Assembly (NCBI GenBank): GCA_013239625.1
Contig: MU053557.1
Coordinates: forward strand, 5,343,842 to 5,407,841
DNA: 64,000 nucleotides
Source: Lama guanicoe
Taxonomy: Eukaryota
Direction: 5' to 3'
Position 1 is the stretch's first letter; every line of letters starts with the position of its first letter. Both the position numbers and the translations under genes were made by a program. Of this stretch, positions 11,871-27,129 are shown in pieces. A model generated the notes under the pieces. The model saw nothing but the letters and a program-made list of their open reading frames with translations, did no database searches and was not told where the DNA came from.

Positions 11871-12288
11871 TTAGTCTCGGCCCCTCCCCACCTGAGCCCA
11901 AGGTGCACGAGGAACAACCAGGGCCCCAAAAGTCTTAGGGTCCTTGTTGACGGAGTGGGCATCAGTTTTGGTCCTGCATCCTGGTTTCTATCCCTACCTG
12001 CTACCAGGCCTGAGGAAGTTTAATGTGGTCAATCAGTGTTTAGAAACCACGACTCTGGCCCCCTGGCCCTGAGCAGCAGAAGCTGACTCGGAGCTAGGTG
12101 GTCTGCTCTGGCCCAGAAGCGATAAGCCCTGGAGCTGTCAGCAGCTTCTGGCCCACAGCGCTTCCTAATCGTACCAGCAGCTGCCACCGCCAGGGCCTTC
12201 CCTAAGCATGTGCACACACTGGAACCCTATTTCACCCTCTTGCCATCCTGGGATCGTGCCCCGGTGTAGAAACAGGCTCAGAGACTTA

Positions 12289-12880
<592 letters not shown>

Positions 12881-13104
12881 TTAGCTGTCCAGGGCCAAAG
12901 CTTAGAACCTGTTGTCTTTAGGCAGCTCTGCCTGTTAGAAAGTTCTTCACTATTTCTAATGCTAACCTGGCCCTGGGAAGTTCCTCCTCCTGGTCCTTGC
13001 TCTGCCCTCAAGACCCATCTCCCTCACCACAATAAAGGTGTTAAAAAAAATCCTAAATAAATAAAAATTAAGAAACACAAAACACAAAAACTCCCTCTCT
13101 GTCT

Positions 13105-13460
13105 ACACAGTGGCTCTCACTACTGGCTTCACGTTAAAATCGCCTGGGGACTGCCTGATACCCGGGCCACTAGATGAAAGTCTTCAGAAACTGTAGGGGC
13201 AAAACCCTGTCATTCTCACTTTTAAATCTCTCCAGGCAATTGCACCTTGCAGCCTGAGCTGAGGCCCGCTGGAGCAGAGTAGGACTTGAACTCATTCATG
13301 TGCATTAAATCACCTGGGGAATCTTACTGAAATGGAGGTGGTGATTTAGCTGGTCTGGCGGGGGGGTGGTGGGGAGAGGCTGAGGTTGTGCTGGTAACAG
13401 CTCAGAAGCCTATGAGCCTGTGCTTTGTGTAGTAGGTGACATTGAGAAGCACAGCTCTGT
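13105..13460. mobile_element. MER5-like hAT fossils (about two fragments)
   Basis: cagtggctctcac...aaaatcgcctgggg; cattaaatcacctggggaatctt...ttgagaagcac. Confidence 0.5.
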
Positions 13461-14770
13461 AGACTGAATATACTGCTCCAACCAGAGGGGAGCCTGGACT
13501 TCTCACCTCCCGTCTCCGCTGTGACAGAGACGTGTCCATGCTCTAGTGCTCCCAGAGAAAGAATCCAGTGTTTTACATATGGTCTAACCATCGGAAAACT
13601 AACCCCTCCCTCAGTCTAGAAACTATTCTTCCATTAATGCAGCCTCGGACCCCATAAGCAGGATCGGTTCACATGCCACCTGCCCTTGAAATCACCTGAC
13701 TCTGAATCCTTTCCCCAATCTGCAGATTTGAAGGTGGAAGCTGGTTCTCTTTCAGTTGATGTGGCCTCAGTGTCCAGCCTGTCGAGGCTCAGTGTGAGCC
13801 ACCCTCTCAGAGGGGTGTCAGAGAACCAGAAGAGGAAGCGGATCCTGCCAGCCCCCATATTTGAGGTCACTGGATGGAGTGAAATGGCCTCCTTCCCCTT
13901 TTCCTCCCCAGGCTTGGCAGCTGACAGTGTGCTAGGATGGGAGCCCCGTTCTCATCCTGCTGTGGCCCCCAGCAGCCCGACTCTGAGACCCCACAAGCCC
14001 CAAGAGCGAGACTTCCAAGAGAGCAGTGTGGCTCAGGTGAGCACTGGACCAGGAGTAACAGAGCAGAACTCCAGCCAGGCTCCACCTCTGCGCCCTACTC
14101 ACGGGGGACACGAAACTGGCCACTTCCTCTCTCTGGTTCCCCATGTGGCTCTTTCTGTCTGCCTCTGGGTGGCTTCCAGGAATCACAACGGTACAGAATG
14201 ACAGAGCGGAAAGACCCTGAGAGGCTCAATGCCCTGACGGCTTGCTGGGAAAACTGAGGCCCAGGTGGACCAGGGATTTGGTCGGAACTATGCCATTTTA
14301 CCTCTTCTCACCCAAAAAACCAACAGGCTCTGTCCCACTTCTCCACAGCGACGTGGGGGCCAGGTGTTGGCTATGCTCCAGCCCCCGGCAGCACGTGCTG
14401 TGGGACAAACAGGGCGCTCACCCCCGAGACCTGCCCAGCTCTGGCTAGGGCCCAAATGGATCCTGATGGATCTTTCATGTACATTTAAATGATGACGTCA
14501 TTAACCGCTGTCTCCACAGGACTGTGAACTCCCTCATCTTTGCCTTCAGTACTCCCGGAACAGCAGGGGCTCAAATTTTTGTTGGATGGTGGAAATAAGT
14601 AGGAAAAACACTGAGCTGCCTGTACAATGTGGGTGGCTACTCCCCACAGCACAGATGGGAAGGTGAGGGCCACACAGCTACCCAGCCCTGAGCTGGCTTT
14701 GGGGACAGACTCGGGGGCCCCACCTCCCCGTCCTGGCTGGACTCCTTACTGTCCTTGGCCAGAGTACTAC

Positions 14771-14933
14771 CTGTGGATGTATTTCTTTTCCAGGTGAATG
14801 TTCTTGTAGCCAGTGGTCACCTCAGGGTCCTGGCCTGGGCTCAGGCTGGGAACCAGCATAGCCTCAGCTTTCCTCCGCAGAAAGTTGAGCAGATCGCCGT
14901 AGCAGCAATACTCGGTGATGACCAGGACGGGGC
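14771..14933 (-). CDS. CSF1R: CSF1R exon 15
   Basis: 163 nt; [22 protein letters not shown]...[13 protein letters not shown]. Confidence 0.95.
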
Positions 14934-15516
14934 CTAGAGCAGCCGAGAGCAGGGTGAGTGCACCCCCTAACCCACTCCCCACATGCACAGAAACGTGGGG
15001 CAAGGGGGCGACAAGAACCTGGACTGGAACTCAGAAGCCCCAGGTTCTAATCCTGACTATCTGTGAGCAGCTTTCTGCTTCACTGGGCCTCAGCCAACCC
15101 ATCTGTCTAAAGCAGAACCACCTCCAAAAAACTAACTGAGGAATTCTTTCTTCAAAGGAAATCTCTGGCAGTTCCAGACTGGTCAAAGCTGCCGTAGGAA
15201 AAGAGGATGCGGGGGACTGGGAGTCCCATCAGGCCCTGGGGCACTTCTGTGGACCTCGTGGTGAGTGTCCAAGGGGCTTCTTAAAAGGTAGATTGGAAGG
15301 CGTCACTCCAGACCCACAGCATCAGACTCCCTAGAGCAGAGCCCAGGGATCTGCATGCACTCTTAGCTCCTTTTCCGGGTAACTCTGATGCCCACTATGT
15401 CTGACAGCCCCTGATAAGAGCTCAAAGAACTATTATCCATAAGCAACTTCTGACCAGTCCAGGCACCTGGCCTAGAAGTTTAAGGGATGCTGAGACAGAG
15501 ATCCTACCTTCACTTA

Positions 15517-15999
<483 letters not shown>

Positions 16000-16145
16000 T
16001 CACATAGGAAGCCTGGAGTCCTCGCCTCAGTCCTGGGCTCTGACAGGCTGAAAACGTGGGTGATGCCCTTGTGACAACAGGGCAGGCTCCCCTAGTATAC
16101 ACCGCCTCCCACCCACTCCCCTAAATTCCCCAAGCCCTTCCCTCA

Positions 16146-16740
<595 letters not shown>

Positions 16741-16854
16741 TTATTGAAAGACTTGCACAGGACCGCCTCTGAGGGCCTTGAGAGCTCTGATAATTTGGTA
16801 ATTCCTGAGCCAGGAAGGAGGGTGGAACTGTACATCTATCCATCCAAGTATTAT

Positions 16855-17212
16855 TATTTTCAATTGTGGTAAGACACATCGCAAAATTTACCGTCTCAAC
16901 CATTTTGGGGCATACTGTCAGCAGTGTTAAGTACATTCATATGGCTGTGCAATTAACCTTCAAATCCTTTTCACCTTGAAACACTGAAACCTTGTACTCA
17001 TTAAACAACTCCTCTCCATCCCCACCTCCCCAGAGCCCCTGGCCACTTATCTCATGAACCTGACAGTTCCAGGTACCTTGTACAATTGGAATCACGCAGT
17101 ATTTGTCCCTACGTGACTGGCTCATTTCATCTGCCATGACGTCAAGGTTCATCCATGCTGTAGTGTATGTTAGCACTCCCTTCCTTCCTTTTTAAGGCTG
17201 AATAATTTTCCC
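16855..17212 (-). mobile_element. LINE-1 3' end (L1MB-like)
   Basis: aattgtggtaa...aaaatttacc...ggaatcacgcagtatttgtcc...aaggttcatccatg...ctttttaaggctgaataat. Confidence 0.8.
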
Positions 17213-17214
17213 AT

Positions 17215-17650
17215 CCAGACACTTCCCTGAGTACCTATTTGTTTCGGGCACCGTTGATTCAGAGGAGAACAAGACAAAGTCCCTGTCCCAATGGAGTCTG
17301 GTCCTAGTGGCTAAGACAGGCATTTAACTCCCATAAATATATACGTGGGAAATTTTCAAACAGTGCTATGAAGAAAGTAAAGCAGGGTAACAGGATAAAG
17401 AACACCGGGTCGACTGAAGAGGAGTCAGGGAAGGCCCCTGAGGAGGTGAGAGGGTGTCAGCCATGGGGAACAGGGCACTTGGGGGATGCACTTGGCAGGT
17501 GCAGGGAAGAGGTGTGGAGGCCTGGAGGTGGGAAAGGTCCTGGAAGGTCTGAGGGGCTGGAAGGTGCTGTGTGGCTTGAGGGGAGCTGGGGAGGTTTTGG
17601 AGGCAGGAAGATCTCAAGGGCAAGGAGAAGCCCTTGAAACTTGACACAGG
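17215..17650 (-). mobile_element. L2 remnant
   Basis: gagtacctatt...aagacaaagtccctgtcc...gtgctatgaagaaa...agtcagggaaggcc. Confidence 0.55.
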
Positions 17651-19879
17651 TGAGTGAGGCATCTGCCCTTACACGGTTAAAGGACCGAGAGAGAGACAGT
17701 GTCCACAGGACAGTAGCATCTGGAGGACCCAAGTTCCTCCCAGGCCCTCCGTGCTGTTCCACCCAGCCATGTGGAGCCTGATCTGTGGAGGGGCAGCTGC
17801 CTCTCTTTCCTGCCCAGGGTGGCAGCTGCATGGGGGCATCATGCCAAGGGGTGCCCATGAGAAGTGCTGATGGAAGACCGAGTTTAGGTGGAAAGTGGAA
17901 GCTGGGCTAGGGTGGTGGAGGACATTGAGGCCCTGGGTCAGCAGTCCAACTCTTTCCGGACAGTCCTGGGGGACAGGGACCAGCTGGGTTGTGCTTAGCA
18001 GCTGGGCTTCTCTGTGGGGCACCCAGCTGGGGGTGGAAGGAGGTGGCCTGTGGCTGAAGTCTCGCCAGGTTAAGAGAAAAGACTCCAGAGAGCCACAGGG
18101 AGGAGCTTCCAGAGGCTAGTTAGGGGGGAAAGACCACAGTTAGACACAAGGAAGAACTTCCAACATCTGATTCAGGAGGGGAGACTGGGTAAACTTAAAG
18201 ACCTCCTTGTCACGGCTTGGACGGAGAGGCTGAAACAGGATAGGAAGAAGTTCCTGAGTGTCAGAGGATTCAAACCCTGCGTGTGGGCAACTTCCCAACC
18301 CAAACGATGGAGACAGAACCAGGAAGGGATTCTTTGACCTCCCCTGGCCACTTCCATCTCTAGGAACCACTGTGGCAAAGGCTGTTTTTGCTCCTCACCT
18401 CTTCTTCCTCTGGCCCTGCAGCTGGGCCTGAGTCAGCCCCCCCCCAACCCCATCCCCAGAAGGATAGGGGATACTGGGGGAAGAGGGGGGGATCGAGGGA
18501 GGGAGAGGTGGTCTGGCTGGAACCTGACCTCTGTGGATCTCAGACCCTATACTTGGAGGAGGACGCAGCTCTCTCCCACCTGCCTCAGGCATCGCCACTC
18601 CTCTTTCTGAAAGGTGGCCAGCAGCTCTGCTCAGCTTCTGCTCTGCTCAGCCTCTGCCATCCCTAGAAAGGGCTCCTGTGTGACTCCCTAGGGGCCTCTA
18701 CCCAGAAGGGCCAGTCCTCTGAAGGAGACCCCAACGGGGAGGCCGGGATGGGCCACCACAAGCGGTTTCCTGATCATGATAGTAGGAACAGTAATGCTAT
18801 CAGCGAGTGCTCCTTGAGCACTTCCTGTGAGTGGGCGCTGGGCTACACACTCAACTTGCGTCATGTTATTTATTCATCACCACAGGCCCAAGGAACTTCC
18901 CCTTGGTGACCGAGGGGCATGGAATCATTTAGGTCCCGCAACTCCTCATCTAGGCCTGCTGCTCTGGGCAGGCAGATGTTTTGTCTTAGGAAGATGGAGA
19001 CCTGAACAATTCCCAATGGAAATCTTGGGGACCCTTCTGGGCATCCCCAATATACCCCCAGCCCCCCCGAGCTCAGTTCTGACCCCCGGAAGCCCAGCCT
19101 CCTTGGCCCCTTCACTCCTCCCTGCCTCATACCTCCACACATCCCTCCTCCTTCCAGCCTGCTGACTCCTGCCCTTTTCTCTTCCTCCTTGGCGCCCCCG
19201 TCGTCTCTCTGGGGGCCAGAAAGGCGATGACTCAGCCCTGAGGCAGAAGCAACCCTTCCCTCAAATGGGGCTACTCCTCCCCCCAGGCCAGGGCAGCCAG
19301 GACGGGCCAGGCAGGGTCCCCAGTGAAGGGCAAGGCTCAGAACCCCACGGGGCAGAGCAGAGGACACTTGGACGGCAAGCCCTGAGGCAGGGCATGACCA
19401 TCCTGGCCCCTCATGGTCTTGTGCCATGGGATGCCCTCCTTCTCTTGGCCTTGGGTGGGCTCAGGGGCCAGTTGAATTTGCTGGATGGGACAAGAGATGA
19501 CTGGAGGACATGTTCCAGAAAAAGGTCCCATGGAGGGTAAGGTGTCCCGACACCATGGCTGGCCAAGGGGGCTGAGCAGCCTGAAGTAGAAAGGAACCTG
19601 GAAGGGGAACTGGGCCCTTTTCTGGAATCTCTGCAGGGCTGAGGAGGCAGCTCTGTGGGGCACTGGGAGGCAGTTTTCGGCTTCATATAAGGAAGAACTT
19701 TGCAACAGAGCTGCCCAGAGAAGGAACGGGTGGCCACGAGAATGAGTGAAGTCCTGTCCCTGGAGGTGGGCGAGCAGGGCCAACAACCACCATATGTAGT
19801 CAAAACGCCCAACCTCAGACACCCGTCCAGTCCCAAGAGTCATGCGCAAACTCGGGTTCCCCAGTCAACTTCCTGCAGG

Positions 19880-20120
19880 GATGAAGCTGAGCAGTTTCCA
19901 TGCTGAGCACTATCTGTGCCCAGCACCCTCCTACGTCCTACGACATGCATTACCTCATTGAATCTTCAGGACTGCCCGAGGTGGTAGGGGCTGCCATTAG
20001 CGACCCCATTTCACAGATGAAGAAACAGAGGCTTAGAAACACCAATTTTCCTAGAGTCTCAGAGACTGGCAAGGCAGAATTTGGGCCCAGATCCGTCTAA
20101 CTCCTTACCCCTGACTCTTA
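19880..20120 (-). mobile_element. MIR SINE
   Basis: cccatttcacagatgaagaaacagaggcttagaaa core. Confidence 0.65.
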
Positions 20121-21794
20121 AATTAGACCATCAGTAGGCTCCTGGCATGTCAGAGGAGGAGGGCTGTAAAAGGTCACCCCATCCCATGGTACAGGTGAGG
20201 AAACTGAGGCCCAGAGAGGTCAGTGGCAAGGTCGCATGGCAAAAGATTCTCAGAGCTGGGCCCAGATCCCTCAAGTCTTGACCTGGGGCCCTGGATTCTG
20301 GAGGCTGCGCTCAGCGCGGCCTCCTCATGCTGGAGCTGAATAGCAGACAGCCGACCCTGTGGGCCCCTGGGTACCTCCACCCCACCATCTACCTGTCAAC
20401 TCCGAGTCCTCTCCTCACACTACAACCCCCAAGGCAGGTATGGGGAAGAGAAGGCAGCAAAGGGGCCCACAAGGTGGGTTATTCACCCCTAACTCACATC
20501 ACTCCCTTGTTCACATTCACTGAGACTACAGGGCAGGGTTCAATCCATCGGACCACCACCCTGACCCCACCTGAGTTCTCTTCCAGGCATCAATATTTCT
20601 GGAACTCACCCTCATCTTCCCCTTGCCTGCCTCTTTGTACACATTGCCCTCCCCCCTACAGGCACCTTTCTCCTGAATCTTGTCTCTCCACTTGCTGCTA
20701 GCCCCATCCCTCCAAAGTCTGTTCCCCCAGTGCCAAGCCACCTCCTCCGAGAAGTCTCCCTTCCCTGCCAGCCTGAAGACATCCCTCCACATCTGGCCTC
20801 CCACAGCCTTCTGGCCCGGTCCTCTCAGTGCCTGATTGCACCAGACATGGTCTTCTGCGTAGGGAGGCAGTGAGGCCAAGTAGTGGAGGGGGACGAGGGG
20901 GGATGGGCTCTGGGGGACGAGGCAACGGGGCCCCCAGGGCAGGTACCGCAACCTTGCCAAGGCTGTTTTCTTACTGTAAGACACTGACTGCTCTAGTCCC
21001 TGTCTCCACACTGTTGTGAAAATAAGTATAATAAGATGATTGGATGTTTCGCAAAATGGTTAAAAACATGGCTTTTTAAAAACCAGCTTCTGCCATTGAC
21101 CAGCTGTAGACTAGGGCAACTGTCTCAACCTTTGGGAACCTCAGCGTCCAACCCTGTAAAATGGGGTTAGTGATACTACCTACGTGCCGTGGCAGTGGAG
21201 GGCAGTAAATGAGAGAATGCAGGTAACACACTTCATAAAAATGCCCCTAAAGTCACTATCGTAGAGCACTCAAACCAACAGGCCGTGCACTAAACCTCAA
21301 AATGCAAGGAACGGCAGGTTTGACTAATTGTATTACCATAATTAAGAGGATGATGGTGGACAGGCCTTCCCGTCCACTACCTCACCTGCCACCTGACAGA
21401 CAGGCCTGGCCCCGTCATGCCCTCTCTGTATGTCTGCAAGCCCCCAGCTAGGACTGGATCCATGTTCACTCTCCCGGAACCCACTGCTCTCCCCATTGCA
21501 TCTTTCCCTCTGTAACCCATACCCTCACTTTCATGGCCAACTGATAACCGTCTTTTGCACTAGACAGCGAGCCCTGTGAGGGCAGGACCTCAGAGTCCCC
21601 GAGTTCTGTCTCACCCAGCCACTCACAGTGGCATACAGGAGGTGCCCACTAAAGGGCCGCTGGCTGGCTGAATGACTGGCTGACAGATGAGTGGGTATTC
21701 AGGGGATGAGGGGTGGCTCCCCGCAGCCTGGTGGCGCTGCCCCAGGGCCTGGCTCACTGGGGTGCCTGGCTGCCCCTGCCCTGCCCGGGCTCAC

Positions 21795-21910
21795 CTGCTT
21801 GTACTTGTACAAAAGCAGCACGAGCAGCAGCAGCAGCAGCGCCATGATGCACAGACAGGCCATCAGCACCGGCGTGAAGAGGGGCTCATCCAAGGGCTGC
21901 GTGTGGGCTC
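21795..21910 (-). CDS. CSF1R: CSF1R exon 11 (transmembrane)
   Basis: 116 nt; ...[32 protein letters not shown]. Confidence 0.95.
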
Positions 21911-23519
21911 CTGGAAGGGGCGCAGCAGAGCAGTGAGCCGGCGGGAGGGGCCTCTGACACCCCCTGCCCCTACTGGAAACAGGCCAGCTGCCTGGAACAC
22001 AGTAGGTGCCCAGTCAACTCTTGGTGACTGGACAGTGTGTCCTCTTACCAGGAAGCCTGCAGACCCCTCCAGTTCTGCTCGTGCTCAGCCCCAAACCCTG
22101 CCCAGACTCACAGCCTCTGCGGCCGGGGGAGCCCCTCAGGTCACTGCACCCCTCCAGTGCAAGGAGCCTGCACGGCGGCCTGGCCTGGGGCTCAGCCATG
22201 ACTTGCACACCGACCCCAGCGGGGAGGCTCACCACTGACCCCTCTGAATAGCTTGCACGGAAAGACCTTCTAGAGGTCAGGCTGCAATCTGCCTCCCCAG
22301 CATTTCTCTGCAACTTCCCTGCGTGACCTTCGAAACCACACAGCGCTTCCGAGAGTCTGAAAGCCAGGCTCATGGACCCAGGGACTCCTCTTCCCAGATC
22401 AATAGCCTTAGTCCCCCTGATGTGTTTGGAAGGACATAACGTCCATCCCCTGGCCCAGATCAGCAGCGTGAGTCTGAGGCCCACCCGCACCTCTGCCACC
22501 TCTCCCAAAGCCTCAGGTCCGTCATACCCAAAGTGGGAAGGAAGACTGTCCTAACCGCCTAAGGTTAGGTGAGTTTATTGCAATAATGCCATGTAAAGAG
22601 CTTAACGTGATGCCTGGCACAGTGTAAGCCTTAAATAAAATATTGGCCTTATATTTATTTGTAATATACAACCGCCAGCTGCAGGATAGAGCAGCTGAGG
22701 CGGTGGCACATGTGGTCCGACCTCAGCCGCTCTTGCTCCAAGGCCGGCAGCTGGGGCACCTGGCGGGCTGCCTCTGAGCCAGGCAGAGGCTTCTGCTCTG
22801 TCCTGTCTGGGCCCAGAGAGCTTCACTGGGTCCTGGCACACAGTGGGGGTTGAACTTGCTTGTTAGAGGCCTGGGGTGGGCCTGTGCAGCCTCAGTCCTC
22901 TCAGAGGACTACCCCACATTCAACTTCTGTGCAGCGCAGAGAGATGCCGCTTCCTCGAGACAGACACTACTGCCTCTGTGCCAGGGCTGGACAGCAGCCC
23001 CACTCTCACACAGCGGCCCTGAATGGCACAGGAAGGGAGTCTGGGAGGGACAGAGAAGGCCATCAGTGTTGGCCCCGGGGTGGGGGTGGGGGCCTGTGTT
23101 CATTTACCACCTGTCCATATCACCAGACTCTAAGCTCCGTGGAGGCACTGCTCCCTTGCACCGAGCATGTGCCTGGCACGCAACAGATGCCAAACACACA
23201 CCTGTGAATTACTGAGTTAGTTAAGTGCAGGAACATGAGCAGAGGGAGGGGCCAGATGAGGCTGTGCCTGCTTCAGGCTGCTTGCTTTCTGGACCTCAAG
23301 TCTGCTTCCCCTCTGTTCTCCTCACTACTTCCATCCCCATGGGTTCTAGACTTCCCCATTTCGCCACTTCAGGAGAGCTCTGGTCAGGAGGGGCCTGGAA
23401 TCACACCCAGAGAGGTAGAACTCGTTTTGGCTGGGATCGGCCCTGACTCCTTAGGGGTAGGGTAGTTTCCTGGGCCCCCCCTCCCCTCCTGGCCTGGAGG
23501 AGGCAGGTCAAAGGCTCAC

Positions 23520-23707
23520 CTACAGAGATGGGCCAGAAGGCCTGGGAGCTGTTCCCCACGCTATTGTGGGCCCTGCATTCATACGTCCTGTTGTGTTCCA
23601 AGGTTCCCGTGGCCAGCAGGCTCTGGACAATCACCTTGTGGAAGGGCTCCTGGCTTAGGACTTCGGGGTTTGGGTCCTCCAGGACCAACATTTGGGTCTC
23701 ATCACAT
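23520..23707 (-). CDS. CSF1R: CSF1R exon 10 (Ig D5)
   Basis: 188 nt; [25 protein letters not shown]...[10 protein letters not shown]. Confidence 0.94.
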
Positions 23708-23802
23708 CTGGGAAAAACAGCATGTGGCTCAGAGTTTCCAGGGGCCCAGCCCCTGCCCCAGCCCATGAGCCTGGGTGATGAAGGCGGGTGGAGCCCACTT
23801 AC

Positions 23803-23923
23803 CTGTCAGTGTGGCCCCTGCACTGCACCCATGTCACACTGGGCTGGGGGTACCCAGAGGCCTCACAGAGCAGGGCTTTAGAGCCATTGATGAGGGTCCA
23901 CGTGACCTTCACCTCTGGGGGGT
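23803..23923 (-). CDS. CSF1R: CSF1R exon 9 (Ig D5)
   Basis: 121 nt; [39 protein letters not shown]. Confidence 0.94.
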
Positions 23924-24090
23924 CTGAGACAGAAAAGAGCAGAGGAGGGAGGGATCAGCCCCAGAGGCCCCAGGTTCCCTCGCCTGACTGCCCCAACCTG
24001 AGCCTGCTCTCCCCCGCCCCAGCCTCCCCTAGCTCTTCTCTTCAGCATCCCTGAGGACCCCATGTCCCCAAGCCCTGCTCCATCACTCAC

Positions 24091-24206
24091 ATAGAAGGGT
24101 GAGCTCAAAAGTCAAGGACTCCTCATGTCTGGCATTGCTGGCCAGGAAGGAGTAGCGGCCGGCCTCGGAGGGCTTCAGGCGAGGCAGGGTGAGGATGGAG
24201 GTGTAT
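24091..24206 (-). CDS. CSF1R: CSF1R exon 8 (Ig D4)
   Basis: 116 nt; [24 protein letters not shown]...FELTLL. Confidence 0.94.
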
Positions 24207-24619
24207 CTGTGTGAGAGGAAAAGCCCTGGTATGGCCCCTGTCAGGTAAGTGGGCTCAGACCACCACCTTCAAGGGCTTTGTTTCATTTTTGGTAAAGTGT
24301 CCAGGGCACAAAGGCATTGGCTGAGCCAGGTATCCAGGCTGGGTGCCGCTGAGACATGGAAAAACCACCAACCCAATTTCCTTAATTGCCTCTCTCATCT
24401 GTAAAGCAGTTTTGTTCTGAAGTTTAGTAGATGTAAGTCTGTAAAGTGTTGACACTGGGAAGCACGTCACAGGCCTAACTGAATGCACCTATTTTCACCA
24501 CCATCACTGAGTTGAACAATCCCTGCTAAAATGCCAGCTCTCAGGTCAGCTTCCATCCCTAAAGCGCCAACCCTGCCGAGAGGGACTATGAGAGGGAAGA
24601 GAGGCAAGAAGTAGCCATG

Positions 24620-24820
24620 GGGCTTCAGAGACCAGGTCTCAAGTCCTGATGTCGCCATTTCCTAGCTGTGTGACCTTAGACAAGTACTTAACCTCTCTGA
24701 TCCTTTGCTTCCTTTTCTGTGAGGGTGACACCTATGGTAATAATTCAGACTTGGCCAGAGGATTAAAGAGATATGTATTCAGACTGCTTGACAGAGAGCC
24801 TGCCTATGAGAACGCACACT
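24620..24820 (+). mobile_element. MIR SINE
   Basis: tagctgtgtgaccttagacaagtacttaacctctctg core. Confidence 0.65.
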
Positions 24821-25069
24821 CCCAAGATACGGTAGAATTATTGAGGATACAGGATCTCCCAAGAATATAGAGCAGAGGGACATACTAATTTGATCTACAT
24901 CTTAGACACAAATGAATGACATTGAGGTTCTACAAAGTCAAGGAAAATGAGACTCAGGAAAGGGAAGGGACTCACTCCAGGTCACACAGGACCCAAATGT
25001 CCTGACACGTGGCTGAAGCATTCTCCGGCTGGCTGTGGGGCTAAGCAGATGGGAGCTAATAGGTGGTAC

Positions 25070-25256
25070 CTGTATGTGTCTTTGATGGTTACAAAATTGA
25101 GCTTGGGCTGGTGGCCAAAGAAGGGTCCCTGATAGGTCCAGTTGAAACCTTTCAGGCTCGGGTAGGCTTCCACCTTGACTTTTAGTTCGAGCTTCTCACC
25201 CACGGTCACCTCCTGGAGGAGGTTCTGCTCAGAAGTCAAGTTCAAGTAGGCACTCT
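25070..25256 (-). CDS. CSF1R: CSF1R exon 7 (Ig D4)
   Basis: 187 nt; [20 protein letters not shown]...[14 protein letters not shown]...KDTYR. Confidence 0.94.
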
Positions 25257-25639
25257 CTGGAAAGGAGAACACAGAGCTCTGGCATTAGTGGGAAGATTCC
25301 CCAGTTTGTTTGTTCATTTGGTGATGTGCCCAGTAATCTAGTCTTTCAGCTAGACCCTCCCTCAGCACCTACCGTATGCCAGGCACACAGACCCCACCGC
25401 CAACCAAGACTTGCCCTCTGACATCTCTTTTCCCACTACCCACACCCCCAAAGCCCAGGGCTCCAAACTTTTCTGAGTTCCTGGGAGAACCTGGGCAAAT
25501 TCCTCTCTCCCTTGGTGCCTCTACCTCTTTACTTATAAGATGAAGAGAATGAATATATCTATGTTGCTGTAAGTTTTTGAAAATTTTTTCTAGCAGTTAA
25601 GAAAGCCTGCTTCCCCCACCCACATACCCTCACCCATTT

Positions 25640-26040
25640 CCCCTTTTTCTGATAGCTTATTCAATGCAGCTTCCATATTCAGCTCTGAAGTGGGCTTGTG
25701 ACCCAGGCCAGCCAATCAGGGTAATCTGTCCCCTTTGGACCAGTGATAGGTTTAGGGTAGGCACATGAGTCCATGACACTCATTTCCATGATTTTTGTTG
25801 GAACTGTGGGAAAAAAGAAGCCCTCATTCCACTGGAATCTCCAAGCTTGGTGCTGCCCCACAAGACAAACAGAGCTGAGAGCTGGGAAGCAACAGATCCT
25901 TGCCCACATCTGAACACCTAGATTCAACAATACCTGAAGCGCATATCCATGGGTTTTCTAACTATAAGGCCAATAAAATCCTCTTTGATTAGGTCAGTAT
26001 TAGTTCATTTCTGTTATCTATACCTGCAGGAGTCCTGACA
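25640..26040 (+). mobile_element. Old ERVL/MaLR-type solo LTR
   Basis: ccaggccagccaatcag...tctgaacacctagattcaacaatacctgaagc...ccaataaaatcc...tcctgaca end. Confidence 0.55.
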
Positions 26041-26630
26041 GGTGAATGAAATGTTGCATGAATGAAAATCAAGCTGCTCTGACTGAATCTCAGGCAAAGG
26101 AGTAGTGGCAAGAACCCCCATTCACTCAGCCTCTCTGTGCCTCTCATGGAAGTCCTGAAATGCCTTCTTAAAATCCCAAGGCTTTACAGAAATCCCTGGA
26201 CTAGATGATTTCTAACATCTCCTCTTCTTACTCCATTCTATGAAATCTAAAATTCACTCTTCTACCCTGTGACGTGCCTGCTCAGAAAACCCCCATGATT
26301 CTCCATCACCTCCACTATTCAGCTTGGCATTCAAGGCTCTTCTCAAGCAGGTATCCCTACGCCCATCTAGCCATCTCCCCTCTTCCTACATACACGCACA
26401 CACACACTCAGTTCTCCACCCATCTCGGTCTCCCAACGTCTCCTGAACACACCCACAGTCGTTCCAACCTTGGATGCTGTGCTCAAATCGTTTCCTCTAT
26501 CAGGAACCCTGTCTTCTTCCTCTCTTCTGCTTAGCTCCTTCTCATCCTTCAAGACTCATCCCCATCAGGGAGGCTCCACCCGTCAGTCCAGGCTACCAGG
26601 AGCTCTCTCGCCACTGGGATTCCTGTAGCC

Positions 26631-27002
26631 TTTTTTTCCTTTCTTTTTCTTTTTTAAATTGGGGTATGGTTGATGTACAATATTATGTGAGTTTCAGGTA
26701 TACAACAGTGATTCACAGGATTCAAAAGTTATACTCCATTTATAGTTATTATAAACTCTTGGCTATATGTACCCATGTTGTACAGTGTACGCTTGTAGCT
26801 TATCTTGTGCGTAACGGCTTGTACCTCTTTAGTTCCCCGCTCCTCTATTGCTCCTCCCCTTTCCCTCTCCCTACTGGTAACCACTAATTGTTCTCTATAT
26901 CCATGTGTCTGTTTTCTTTGTTATATTTGTCTTATTTTTCAGATTCCATCTCTAAGCGACAATATACAGTATTTGCCTTTGTGTCTGACTTAGTTCTCTC
27001 AG
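26631..27002 (-). mobile_element. Younger 5'-truncated LINE-1 3' end with poly(A)
   Basis: T-tract then ttgatgtacaatattatgtgagtttcaggtatacaa...cccctttccctctccctactggtaaccact...agattcca. Confidence 0.8.
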
Positions 27003-27129
27003 CACAGTGCCTTCTGCTGCCCTCTTGGATCACGCGTTCGTTAGGCTCCCTCTGCCTCATGCATCTGGTTCTCCCTTTAGATAGCTGTCTTCTCTGAGTT
27101 TGTCAGCTTTTAGGGCAAGGCCATTTTCT

